A DNA stretch of 64,000 nt, taken from contig CAWJTV010000047.1 of the NCBI GenBank assembly GCA_963845755.1, positions 96,001-160,000 on the forward strand. Direction: 5' to 3'. Both the position numbers and the translations under genes were made by a program. The notes beneath the pieces are model-generated. The model was not told the origin of the DNA. It saw only the letters and a list, made by a program, of their open reading frames with translations, and did no database searches. This DNA comes from an uncultured Planctomycetota bacterium (GTDB lineage Bacteria > Planctomycetota > Planctomycetia > Isosphaerales > Isosphaeraceae). How positions within the stretch are numbered: position 1 is the first letter of the stretch; each line of letters begins with the position of its first letter. This document shows positions 30,769 to 42,300 of this stretch, one piece after another.

Positions 30769-33282
30769 ATGTTCGTTCGCGGATTCCGAGCAGCGCAGAA
30801 TCACTCACCCAGGCGGTCCCGGATCGGCGCTCGTCGTGAGCGTCGGCGGCGATTCGCGCCCGGCCTCCTTCCGCTGGAGGCCCGCGCCCTGTTGAGCACG
30901 CTCACCGTCACCAACGACGCCGACAGCGGCAAGGGCTCGCTCCGCGCCGAGCTGGCCCTGGCCCAGAACGACGACACCATCGTCTTCGCGCCCCGGGCCT
31001 ACGGCACCATCACGCTCTCCAGCGGCCCGCTCGAGGTCGCAACCGGGGTCAAGATCCAGGGGCCGGGCGCGAGCAAGGTCACTGTCAGCGGGGACGACAA
31101 CTCCACCGTCTTCGACATCGACAGCGGGGTGACGGCCTCGATCTCGGGACTGACGATCACCGACGGCACGAGTGGCGGCGTGTACTACACCGGCGGCGGG
31201 ATCTTCAACCAGGGCACGCTGACCCTGAGCGACGCGATCGTCACCGGCAACACGACCTCGTTCCGGTTTTTCTACTCGGGCGCAGGCGGCATCGTCAATG
31301 AAGGCACGATGAAGATCGCCGACAGTACCATCTCCGGCAATTCCGGCGTCGGCGCCGGCGGCATCGAGAACTCCGGGTCGTTGGCCATCACCGGCTGCAC
31401 CATCTCCGGCAATACCGACGGCGGCATCGAGGGCACCGGGTCGTTGACCATCACCGACAGCATCATCTCCGGCAACTCCGGCAGCGGCATCGGGAGCAGC
31501 GGGTACATCGGGAGCAACGCGTCGTTGACGATCACCGGCTGCACCATCTCCGGCAATACCGGCGGCGGCATCGACAGTAACCACCCGTTGACCATCACCG
31601 GCAGCACCATCTCGGGCAACTCCGGCGTCGGCAGCGGTGGCATCTATTGCTACGAGTCGTTGAGCATCACCGGCAGCACCATCTCGGGCAACTCCGGCTC
31701 GGATACCGGCGGTATCATCGCCAAGAACGGACTGGACCTCGTCGCCAGCGTCGTGAGCGGCAACGCGGGTGGCGGCATCTCGTGCGGGGGCACGTCAACG
31801 ATCACCGGCAGCCAGATCGTGAACAACACGAACCACCCGACGCAGCCCTACGCCGAATCGGCCGAGGGTGGCGGCATCGCCGTCTACTACGGCAACTTGA
31901 CCATCACCGGGAGCAGGATCTCGGGCAACACGGTCGAATGCGAGTTCGCCTCCGGCGGCGGAATTTACATGAACGCCAACCTGGGCGATGTCCTGACGGT
32001 CCGCGACTGTACGTTCCACGACAACCAGGCCATCGGAGTCGGCGACTTCGACGGCGCCGGCGGCGCCGGCGCGATTGGAGTCGGCAGCGGCGGCGGCACC
32101 GGCGGTGCGATCGTCACGATCACCGACAGCTCGTTCGTGGACAACTCCGCGAGCGGGACGACCTCCGCGAGCGGGACCGAGCTCGCGGGAGACGGAGCCA
32201 TCGGCCTCAGCGGTGCGTCCACGACCATCACCGGCTGTACGTTCACCGGCAACCAGGCGGTGGCCGGTAGCGACACCACTCCTCTGAGCTTTACCGGCGG
32301 GCAGGCGACTGGCGGGGCGATCGGCAACTCGTCGATAACCTCTTACCAATACCCCGGTGGTACGACGGTCTTGGTGCCCGGCTCGCTGACGATCAGCGGC
32401 AGCACGTTCATCGACAACATCGCGGAGGGTGGCCTCGGCATCCAATCCAGCCAGGGCGGCGCGATCGCCAATGCGAACCTGGGGACGACGCTGAACGTCT
32501 CGTCCTGCCTCTTCATGGGCAACAGCGCCATCGGCGGCGCAGGCTACGTCCCCGTCTCCGGACTCGGCACGGGAGGCGGCACGGGCGCGGGAGGTGCCCT
32601 GTGGAACTTCCTCGGGGCCACCGCGACGGTGACCGGCTCGACCTTCATCGGCAACAGCGCTGTCGGTGGCGCCACCGGACCGGCCACCGGCCCCTTCCAT
32701 TATCAGGCCGGCAACGGCGAGGGGGGCGCCATCGACAACTCCTCTGGCAGCTCGCTCACCGTGACCGGATGCATCATCGCCGGCAACTCCGCCACCGGCG
32801 GGAACGGCGCCATCGGCATCCCGGTCAACGACGAGACTGCCGGCGCAGGCCAAGGCGGCGGCATTTTCAGCCGCGACGGCTCGCTCCAGGTCACCGACAG
32901 CACGATCTCGGGCAACGCCGCCGTCGCCGGCAACAACGCCTACAGCTTCTTCAACGGCGGCGGCATTTTCGACTACGGCGGCTCGCTCCAGGTCACCGAC
33001 AGTACGATCTCGGGCAACGCCGCGGTTGCCGGCACCAATGGCTACAGCGTCAACAACGGCGGCGGCGGCGTACGCGTCTCGGGGAGCTCGGCTCACGCCT
33101 CGTTCACCGACGTTCTGATCATCCTCAACTCGGCGACCGTCACCCCCGGCGACGGCAAAGCTTACGGCGGCGGACTCTACATCGGCACCGGCGCCATCAC
33201 CGTGCTGACCAACACCGAGGTCGTCGGCAACAAGGCCACCACCGGCGACAACAACATCTACGGCACCTATACCGACGGCTAG
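30769..33282 (+). CDS. Extracellular Gly/Ser/Thr-rich beta-helix (Pmp/adhesin-like) repeat protein
   Basis: Arg-rich N-terminus, LEARALLS planctomycete extracellular motif, VTNDADSGKGSLR, repeated GGGI/GGAI and ISGN/FxxN. Confidence 0.85.
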   Translation: MFVRGFRAAQNHSPRRSRIGARRERRRRFAPGLLPLEARALLSTLTVTNDADSGKGSLRAELALAQNDDTIVFAPRAYGTITLSSGPLEVATGVKIQGPGASKVTVSGDDNSTVFDIDSGVTASISGLTITDGTSGGVYYTGGGIFNQGTLTLSDAIVTGNTTSFRFFYSGAGGIVNEGTMKIADSTISGNSGVGAGGIENSGSLAITGCTISGNTDGGIEGTGSLTITDSIISGNSGSGIGSSGYIGSNASLTITGCTISGNTGGGIDSNHPLTITGSTISGNSGVGSGGIYCYESLSITGSTISGNSGSDTGGIIAKNGLDLVASVVSGNAGGGISCGGTSTITGSQIVNNTNHPTQPYAESAEGGGIAVYYGNLTITGSRISGNTVECEFASGGGIYMNANLGDVLTVRDCTFHDNQAIGVGDFDGAGGAGAIGVGSGGGTGGAIVTITDSSFVDNSASGTTSASGTELAGDGAIGLSGASTTITGCTFTGNQAVAGSDTTPLSFTGGQATGGAIGNSSITSYQYPGGTTVLVPGSLTISGSTFIDNIAEGGLGIQSSQGGAIANANLGTTLNVSSCLFMGNSAIGGAGYVPVSGLGTGGGTGAGGALWNFLGATATVTGSTFIGNSAVGGATGPATGPFHYQAGNGEGGAIDNSSGSSLTVTGCIIAGNSATGGNGAIGIPVNDETAGAGQGGGIFSRDGSLQVTDSTISGNAAVAGNNAYSFFNGGGIFDYGGSLQVTDSTISGNAAVAGTNGYSVNNGGGGVRVSGSSAHASFTDVLIILNSATVTPGDGKAYGGGLYIGTGAITVLTNTEVVGNKATTGDNNIYGTYTDG

Positions 33283-33533
33283 GAGGAGTCGACCGAGGTG
33301 CCCCGGATGTGGCGTGAGTCTCCCCGGTAAGGTGCCAGACCTATGTCTTCGCGGGCGTCGGAAGGAGCGGAAGCCATTGGCGATCCGCTCCGGACATCAC
33401 GGCGTCCGCACCTCGCTGCCCACATCTTCCCGAGGGAGAGAAAGCATCTGCAGTCCGCGCCGGTCGCCGCACTCACGGCGGTGGCGCATCGCTCCGACGC
33501 GAACCGATCCCGGCGCGTTCGACCGGCGTTTTC

Positions 33534-33788
33534 GTGACGTTTCACGTTCCTGGACGAACAACAAGAATCTCCATAGTGGGCCTGCGCGGATCCCGGACTT
33601 CGCACGGTCTCTCTCCCGCGCAGTCTCCTATCGCCGGGCGCCGGGTGCAACGGCGGCGGCGATTGGCGCCCGGTCGTCTGCCGCTGGAGGCCCGCGCCCT
33701 GTTGAGCACGCTCACCGTCACCAACGACGCCGACCTAGGTGTACCGAACCACCGGCCCGGAGATGAAACCGGACTAGCGGTCTGGTAG
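33534..33788 (+). pseudogene. Truncated paralogous N-terminal fragment of the upstream extracellular protein
   Basis: 33681-33734 identical to 30871-30924 (PLEARALLSTLTVTNDAD); similarity then stops abruptly. Confidence 0.65.
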
Positions 33789-33868
33789 ACTCGGATCCGG
33801 ACGCGGGTGGCAAACCCGCGGAAGGAACCCGGATTGGAAGTTCAAATGAGACGACCTGGACACGACTT

Positions 33869-34975
33869 ATGTCCACCTTGGGGCCTCGTCGATATCGGCT
33901 CACAGACTACGCCGTTCCGCCGCGGACGCGGCTGGCGCACGGGACGGTCTGGCGCACCTCGCGGCTCGTGCTTCAGGTCGTCTGCTGGATCTATGTTGGG
34001 ATCGTGCTGGTATTATACGGCGCGATGATATCGTCGTCACCCGAGTCCTGGATGGCGCACCTGTTGCTTTACTGCCCGCGCTGGCCGGTCTCCGTCCCGA
34101 CCCTCCTGCTGGTCCCCCTAGTCGTCTGGATGCGATTGCGATGGGAGGCATTAGCACTACTGGCGGTCGCGGCGACCATGTTCTTCGGGATCTGGGGATT
34201 CAACATCCCTTACGGGAACCTATTGCCCGTTGGCGTGCCAGCGAGACCGAGGCTGCGACTGTTGACTTTTAACGTCCAGAGAGGGGACCTGGATGTCCAG
34301 GGATTGGCCGGCGTGATCCTGGAAAGTGAGCCGGACCTTGTTTTACTCCAGGAGTATGGTCATGTCGATCCACATGTCATCCTGGGCCGGGGCGAATGGT
34401 ATGTGAGAACAGACGGAGAGTTTTGCCTGGCCAGTCGGCACCCGATCGAGAGTTTCGAGGCGCTGACCCGACCGGACAAGGACTATCGCATCATCGCGGT
34501 GCGGGCGAACGTCTCTTGGTTCGGTAAGCGGCTCCCGATCGTCTCCGTCCATCTCATGACACCTCGTCGAGGGATCGAGGCGGTCCTCTACGGGAAATGG
34601 CGAGGCATCGACGAAGTCCGGAAGATCGCGGCGGTCCAGCGATACGAGTCGGATCTCGTCCGGAGTTGGGTCGCCGGCAGCCCGGGATCGATACTGCTCG
34701 CCGGCGACTTCAACCTGACCTCGGAGCACTCCCTGTTTCGGCGAGACTGGTCGAATTACACCGATGCGTTTTCCCGCACATCCTGGGGACTCGGCCAAAC
34801 GATGTTCACCCGACGCATCGGATTGCGGATCGACCACATCCTCAGCGGGGAGGAATGGCGTCCGATCCGATGCTGGGTCGTCGATACGGACCTCGGCTCA
34901 GCCCATCGGGCCGTCATCGCCGATCTCATCGAAGACACCTACGAGGACGCTCCCGTCGGTGTCGAAGTGGAATAG
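33869..34975 (+). CDS. Membrane-anchored endonuclease/exonuclease/phosphatase (EEP) family protein
   Basis: N-terminal TM helices; LLTFNV, LLQE, AGDFN, RIDHIL, SAHRAV. Confidence 0.87.
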   Translation: MSTLGPRRYRLTDYAVPPRTRLAHGTVWRTSRLVLQVVCWIYVGIVLVLYGAMISSSPESWMAHLLLYCPRWPVSVPTLLLVPLVVWMRLRWEALALLAVAATMFFGIWGFNIPYGNLLPVGVPARPRLRLLTFNVQRGDLDVQGLAGVILESEPDLVLLQEYGHVDPHVILGRGEWYVRTDGEFCLASRHPIESFEALTRPDKDYRIIAVRANVSWFGKRLPIVSVHLMTPRRGIEAVLYGKWRGIDEVRKIAAVQRYESDLVRSWVAGSPGSILLAGDFNLTSEHSLFRRDWSNYTDAFSRTSWGLGQTMFTRRIGLRIDHILSGEEWRPIRCWVVDTDLGSAHRAVIADLIEDTYEDAPVGVEVE

Positions 34976-35025
34976 ACAAGGACCGAACTCGTGTCTCTCA
35001 GAGTCTGTTCCCTAAGTCCCCGCCT

Positions 35026-35241
35026 GAGCCCCCGGATGGGGGCGGAAGCACGTAGCCAGGGGCGTGAGCCCCTGGACGAGGCGAGTACCTCCGATCCGGG
35101 AAGCCCCGGAGGGGCGACAGAAACCCTGTGGCCCTGAGGACTTCTGTCGCCCCTGCGGGGCTCAAACGACGTTCGAGGGGGTCGCGGTCGATCGTCCAGG
35201 GGCTTACGCCCCTGGCTACGTCCGGTCGCCCCTCTGGGGCT
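35026..35241. repeat. REPIN-like element: two inverted GTAG-type REPs around a central hairpin
   Basis: CGTAGCCAGGGGCGTGAGCCCCTGGACGA (35051-35079) and a 28/29 inverted copy (35192-35220); central AGCCCCGGAGGGGCGACAGAA...TTCTGTCGCCCCTGCGGGGCT. Confidence 0.85.
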
Positions 35242-35269
35242 CTTGGAACCGACACTCAGTAGGCAGTAG

Positions 35270-35423
35270 AGTCTTCCTCCGTAGGCTCCCTGCGCCGTGC
35301 GCGCGCCTCTGGGGATTCCGAATTCCGGATTCGCGATTCCCGATTCCCGGATCATTCCCCTTCGGGAATCCGGAATCGCGAATCGGGAATCCCGATCGGG
35401 TTGCGGCCGAAAGGTCGCGTTAG
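35270..35423. repeat. Single inverted copy of repeat family A
   Basis: Reverse complement of the 23267/29799 units; ends GGTTGCGGCCGAAAGGTCGCGTTAG. Confidence 0.9.
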
Positions 35424-35516
35424 GAGCTGCTCGATCGGGTCTGACTACATTTCCGCTCTCTGCTCGAGCCGCCTATCGAGATTCGGTCTTCTCTTCGGGA
35501 TGGCCGGCCGATAGAA

Positions 35517-35534
35517 TAACTATCCGGTCAGTTA
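35517..35534. promoter_or_regulatory. Putative TetR operator palindrome
   Basis: TAACTATCCGGTCAGTTA, 14/18 self-complementary, ~22 bp upstream of the tetR ATG. Confidence 0.5.
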
Positions 35535-35556
35535 GTTACTGCTCGGAGACCTCTTG

Positions 35557-36235
35557 ATGGAAGACCCGATCGACCGTCCGCTGGCGCCGTCGCAAGGATT
35601 CCCGGCCGGGTGAGATCCTGGAGTCCGCCCTGGATTGCTTCGCCGAGCGGGGGTTCGCCGCCACGCGGCTCGAGGACGTCGCGGCCAGGGCCGGCGTCAC
35701 CAAGGGGACGGCTTACCTCTACTTCAAGAACAAGGAGGAGCTGTTCAAGGCGGTGGTGAGCCGCTACATCGTGCCGGTCATCCAGCAGCTTGAGTCCGCG
35801 GCAGAGGCCCCGGGGCCGGTGTCCGAGCTCTTGACGAAGGTCGCCGGGATGTTCGTCGAGAAGGTATACAGTACGCGCTTCTCGGCGCTTCCCAAGCTGG
35901 TGATCGCCGAGGCGAGCAATTTCCCCGAGCTGGCGCAGTTCTACCTCGACGAGGTCGTCGGCCGCGGCCGGCGGCTGCTCGCCTCGTTGCTGCGCCGGGG
36001 GATCAAGGACGGCGAGTTCCGCGCGGTCGACGTCGAGCACACGGTCTATTGCATGATCGCGCCGCTGGTGTTCTCGGCCTTGTGGAAGCATTCCCTGGGT
36101 CCCTACGACGTGAAGCCGCTCGACGCGGGTGCCCTGGTGCGCTGCCATATCGAGCTGCTGCTGCGTGGCCTCGCACCCGAGGAGCCCGTCGGCCGTGCGG
36201 GCGCCGCAAAACCGCGCTCCCGAAGAAAGACGTGA
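35557..36235 (+). CDS. TetR/AcrR family regulator; apparent frameshift just after the ATG
   Basis: RWRRRKDSRPGEILESALDCFAERGFAATRLEDVAARAGVTKGTAYLYF HTH in frame with ORF 35753..36235; GGAG upstream. Confidence 0.85.
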
Positions 36236-36278
36236 CAGTGCGGGAGGACAACCCGGCCGCCCGGCATGACCTCCCTTC

Positions 36279-36346
36279 GAGCACCCAAAAAAAGGGGGAC
36301 AGGCACCTCGAAGACTCGGAGCCAGTCCCCGTTTTTTTGGGTGCTC
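36279..36346. mobile_element. 68-bp miniature inverted-repeat element with TTC flanking direct repeat
   Basis: GAGCACCCAAAAAAA...TTTTTTTGGGTGCTC 15-bp terminal IR; inner GGGGAC..GTCCCC; TTC on both sides. Confidence 0.6.
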
Positions 36347-36366
36347 TTCGCGAAAGGCCATTTGGC

Positions 36367-37462
36367 ATGACCAATCCCTCAGTGGAGCCACGTCGCGGAA
36401 CGGGTCCGGCCGCACAGGAGCCGCGGGATCCTCCGAGCCCCGCGCCACGCTACCGACCGCGACGACGAATCCTCCCCCGGCTGATCGTACTCCTGATCAT
36501 CGCCGGCGCCGTGGGAGGGGGAGCCTGGTACTACTTCGAGCACGGCAAGAAGGACGACGACAGACTCGTCCTCCAGGGAAACGTCGACGTCCGCCAGGTC
36601 AACCTCGCCTTCAAGGTCGAAGGACGGATCGAGGCCCTCACGGTTGACGAGGGCGATACGGTGAAACCGGGTCAGGTCATCGCAAGCCTCGATAAGCGTT
36701 ACTTCGACGACGAGTTACGATTCGCGCGCGCCCGGCGCGACAACCAGAAAGCGGTCCTCGATCGGCTCGAACATGGCTCGCGGCCGGAGGAGATCGCCGA
36801 GGCGAAGGCCATGGTCGCCGAGCGCCAGGCGACTCGGGACAATGCGCGGTTGGCCCTCGAACGGCGAGAGGCGCTGATGAAGCGAGGGTCTCTGACTCGC
36901 GAGGAGTACGACAACGCGCGGACCGCCACGAAGGAAGCCGAGGCCCGGATGAAGACGGCCGAGGAGTCGTTGCGGCTGGCCGAGATCGGACCGCGGCAGG
37001 AGGACATCGCGGGCGCCCGTGCCCAGCTCCGGGCCGAGGAGGCTTCCGTCAGTCAGGCCGAGCGCCGGCTGGCCGACAGCGACCTGCTCGCGCCGGGAGC
37101 CGGTGAGATCCTGACTCGGGCACGGGAACGCGGCGCGATCGTGTCGCCGGGCGAGACGGTCTTCACCCTGACGCTTTCCTCACCCGTCTGGGTCCGGACC
37201 TATGTCAACGAGACCGACCTCGGCCGGGTCGAGCCCAACATGGCCGCCTACGTCCGGACCGACTCCGCGCCGGGAAAGTCCTACCGGGGACACGTCGGGT
37301 TCATCTCGCCGACGGCCGAGTTTACTCCCAAGTCCGTCGAGACGCGCGAGCTGCGCACGGACCTGGTCTACCGACTTCGGATTGTCGTCGACAACCCCGA
37401 CGGCGGCTTGCGGCAGGGTATGCCGGTCACCGTCCGCTTCGACGAAACCGGCGGAGGTGCCC

Positions 37463-37473
<11 letters not shown>
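36367..37473 (+). CDS. ybhG: HlyD-family membrane fusion protein (YbhG-like)
   Basis: TM anchor, GNVDVRQVNLAFKVEGRI, AEFTPKSVET.ELRTDLVYR, LRQGMPV. Confidence 0.87.
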
Positions 37474-39187
<1,714 letters not shown>

Positions 39188-39207
<20 letters not shown>

Positions 39208-40346
39208 TTGGTCCGGCCGGCTCCGTCGCATCGTCGGCCTGATCCGCAAGGAGTCCTTGCAGATCGTTCGCGACCCCAGCAGCTACTTGATCGCCGTCGT
39301 ACTGCCGCTCCTGCTCCTGTTCATCTTCGGCTACGGAGTGTCGCTCGACCTGCAAGACGTGCCCGTCGGTCTGGTGATCGAGCAGCCGTCGCCCGAGGCC
39401 GAGAGCCTGACGGCCTCGTTCCGCAACTCGCGCGTATTCCACGATCCGCATCGCACGGCACCGCTCCGAGGTGGAGGACGACCTGGTTTCCGGCCGGCTC
39501 AAGGCGGTGGTCGTCCTGGCGGCCGACTTCGCCGAGCGACTGGGCCGCGGTGAGACCGCGCCGGTGCAGGTCATCGTCGACGGCAGCGACCCGAACACCG
39601 CCGGGCTCGCCGAGAACTACGTGCAGGGCGTCTGGGCCAACTGGCTCCAGCAGGAGGCTGTCTCGGCCGGTGGACTTGCCGTCCGGCCCACGGCAGCGCC
39701 TCGGATCATTGCCCAGCCGCGGTTCTGGTTCAACCCGCAGATCGACAGCCGCGACTTCCTGATCCCGGGCGCCGTTGCGATCAACATGACGCTGATTGGC
39801 ACGCTGCTGACCGCGCTCGTCGTGGCCCGCGAGTGGGAGCGCGGGACGATGGAGGCGCTGATGGCGACCCCGGCGGGCGTCGCCGACTTTTTGCTCGGCA
39901 AGCTCATCCCCTACTTCGTGCTGGGGATGGCCGCGATGGTCCTCTCGGTGATCACGTCCATCACCGTTTTCCGGGTGCCGTTCCGCGGCTCGGCCGCGGC
40001 GCTTGCGATGGTGTCCGCCGCGTTCCTTTCCGCGATGCTGCCGCTGGGCTTGTTGATCTCGACGGTGACGAAGAACCAGTTCGCCGCCAGCCAGGCTGCG
40101 CTGATGGCCGCCTTCTTGCCCGCGTTCCAGCTCTCGGGCTTCATCTTCGAGATCGACAGCATGCCCGCGCCGATCCGGCTCTTCACCCGGATCTTGCCGG
40201 CCCGTTATTTCGTATCGAGCCTCCAGACGCTCTTCCTCGCCGGTGACGTGGCCAGCGTCCTGATCCCGGACACGCTGGCCCTCCTGACCATCGCGGCCGT
40301 GCTCAACCTGTTGCTCGTCCGCTCGACCCGCATGAGGCTGGAGTGA
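39188..40346 (+). CDS. ybhS: ABC-2 permease (YbhS-like); apparent frameshift near 39440
   Basis: KESLQIVRDP, VDGSDPNTA, AREWERGTMEAL. Confidence 0.86.
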
Positions 40347-40350
40347 GGCC

Positions 40351-41460
40351 ATGTGGCAGCGCATTCGCTCGCTCATCGTCAAGGAACTCCTCGCCGTCCT
40401 GCGTGACCCGCGCGGCCGCTATATCCTCATCGTGCCGCCGATCCTCCAGATGCTCGTCTTTTCCTTTGCCGCCACGGAAGAGGTGAAGAACGTGCGGATG
40501 GCCGTCCTGAACGAGGACTACGGCACCGCCGCGCGCGACCTGGTTGCGCGGTTCGAGGGCTCGACAAACTTCACCGAGATCCGGTATCTCCGCGGCGAGG
40601 CCGAGATCGCCCCGGCCATCGACTCGCGGAGCGTGCTCATGGTCCTCCGCTTCGGACCGGACTTCTCGCGGAGGCTGGTGGGCGAGATGCCGGCCGAGGT
40701 CCAGCTCATCCTCGACGGCCGGCGCTCCAACGCGGCCCAGATCGTCGCCGGTTATTCGCAAGCCATCTTCGATGCGTTTGACCGGGAGCTCGCCGCCACG
40801 CGACGCACGCCGCCGCCGCCGAGTGTCGTCGCCGCACGCGTGTGGTTCAACCCGAACCTGGAAACCACATGGAACACCGTGCCCAGCCTGGTGGCCATCC
40901 TCACGACCCTGATGGGACTGGTCGTCACGGCGCTCTCCGTCGCCCGCGAACGCGAGCTCGGCACGTTCGAGCAGCTCCTCGTCTCGCCGCTCGAACCGTT
41001 CGAGATCGTCATCGGCAAGACGGTGCCATCGCTGATCATCGGGCTGGCCGAGGGAACCATCATGCTCCTGGTCGGGATCTTCTGCTTCCGCGTCCCATTC
41101 CAGGGGTCGTTCGTGCTGCTCTATCTGGCCATGACGGTCTTTCTCGCGGCCGTGATCGGTGTTGGGCTCTTTATCTCGTCGCTGGCGACGACCCAGCAGC
41201 AGGGGATCCTGGGTGCGTTCGTGTTCATGGTGCCGTCAATCCTGCTGTCCGGCTTCGCCACGCCGATCGAAAACATGCCCGAGTGGCTCCAGACTCTGAC
41301 CCTGGCGAACCCGTTGCGATATTACCTGGCGATCATCAAGGGCGTGTTCCTCAAGGGCATGCCCGCGACGATCGTGATCCAACTACTTTGGCCATTAGCC
41401 GTGATCGCGCTGGTGACGCTCTCGGCGTCAACCTGGCTTTTCCGCCACCGCGTCGAGTGA
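40351..41460 (+). CDS. ybhR: ABC-2 permease (YbhR-like)
   Basis: KELLAVLRDP, LDGRRSN, ARERELGTFEQL, PIENMP. Confidence 0.9.
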   Translation: MWQRIRSLIVKELLAVLRDPRGRYILIVPPILQMLVFSFAATEEVKNVRMAVLNEDYGTAARDLVARFEGSTNFTEIRYLRGEAEIAPAIDSRSVLMVLRFGPDFSRRLVGEMPAEVQLILDGRRSNAAQIVAGYSQAIFDAFDRELAATRRTPPPPSVVAARVWFNPNLETTWNTVPSLVAILTTLMGLVVTALSVARERELGTFEQLLVSPLEPFEIVIGKTVPSLIIGLAEGTIMLLVGIFCFRVPFQGSFVLLYLAMTVFLAAVIGVGLFISSLATTQQQGILGAFVFMVPSILLSGFATPIENMPEWLQTLTLANPLRYYLAIIKGVFLKGMPATIVIQLLWPLAVIALVTLSASTWLFRHRVE

Positions 41461-41478
41461 AGACTGGGGAGTCCTGAT

Positions 41479-42180
41479 TCACGCCTCATCGTCCGCAAAC
41501 AGGTCGCTCAGGGGTAGGACGAAGCCCGGCAAGACGTCGCCGCCGTCGAGCGATTCCTCTTCCTTGATCAGGACCGACTGGTTAACCGCCGTATAGACGC
41601 GTGCGGTCCGCTTCCTCGGGTCGATCATCCAGACCAATCGCACGACAGCGGCGAAGTATTCCCCGAGTTTCTTCTTCATTTCGGCCTTGGTGTTGCTCTT
41701 GCCGAGTACCTCAACCGCGAGGTCCGGGGCCAGTTCGGGAATCGGCTCCTTGGGCCGCTTGCGATTCGGGAGCCGGTCCCACGAGGTGAAGGCCACGTCA
41801 GGAATGCGGACGAGGCCGGCGAAGAGCCGAATTGTGCCGGCTTCGCCCGTCACGATCCCCAGCTTGTGCCGGCGCACGAACGAGCCTAATAAGATGATGA
41901 CCGTCACTGCGATCGCCGACTCTTCGTAGCCCATGGGCTTCTCCACCAGCGTACGCTCGACGAGCTCACAGGGCCGGTTCTCTCGATCGAGGATCTTAAT
42001 CACATCCTTCTCCGTTGCTGTGCCGGGAGTGGGACGAAGCCGCACGCGCTCGGGCGGAATATCTCCCAGCCGCTTCAGGAGGTCGCCCATCGTCGTCACG
42101 TCCTCCAGAGGTGCAAGGGGAGCCGAGAGAGTCTTGGGCTTCCGCCGCGGCCTGGATTTCAAGGCAGGTGTTGGAGCCAT
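41479..42180 (-). CDS. Uma2 family PD-(D/E)xK endonuclease-like protein
   Basis: RIPDVAF, PDLAVEVLGKSNT, VWMIDP, LDGGDVLPGF. Confidence 0.88.
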   Translation of the reverse strand: MAPTPALKSRPRRKPKTLSAPLAPLEDVTTMGDLLKRLGDIPPERVRLRPTPGTATEKDVIKILDRENRPCELVERTLVEKPMGYEESAIAVTVIILLGSFVRRHKLGIVTGEAGTIRLFAGLVRIPDVAFTSWDRLPNRKRPKEPIPELAPDLAVEVLGKSNTKAEMKKKLGEYFAAVVRLVWMIDPRKRTARVYTAVNQSVLIKEEESLDGGDVLPGFVLPLSDLFADDEA

Positions 42181-42300
42181 CGCGAGGGAACCTCCGGTCT
42201 GGATTTTGTCCCGCCGAGGAAGTGAGCATTCCTATTATACGATGGGCCTTGGCCCGCGTCTCGGCGACAGCGGACCGCGTATCGATGAAATCGCGGATCC

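Noticed and set aside
41479..42180. Uma2 as part of a restriction or defence system
   Set aside because: Solitary, with no methylase or defence partners; Uma2 genes are commonly dispersed in planctomycetes.
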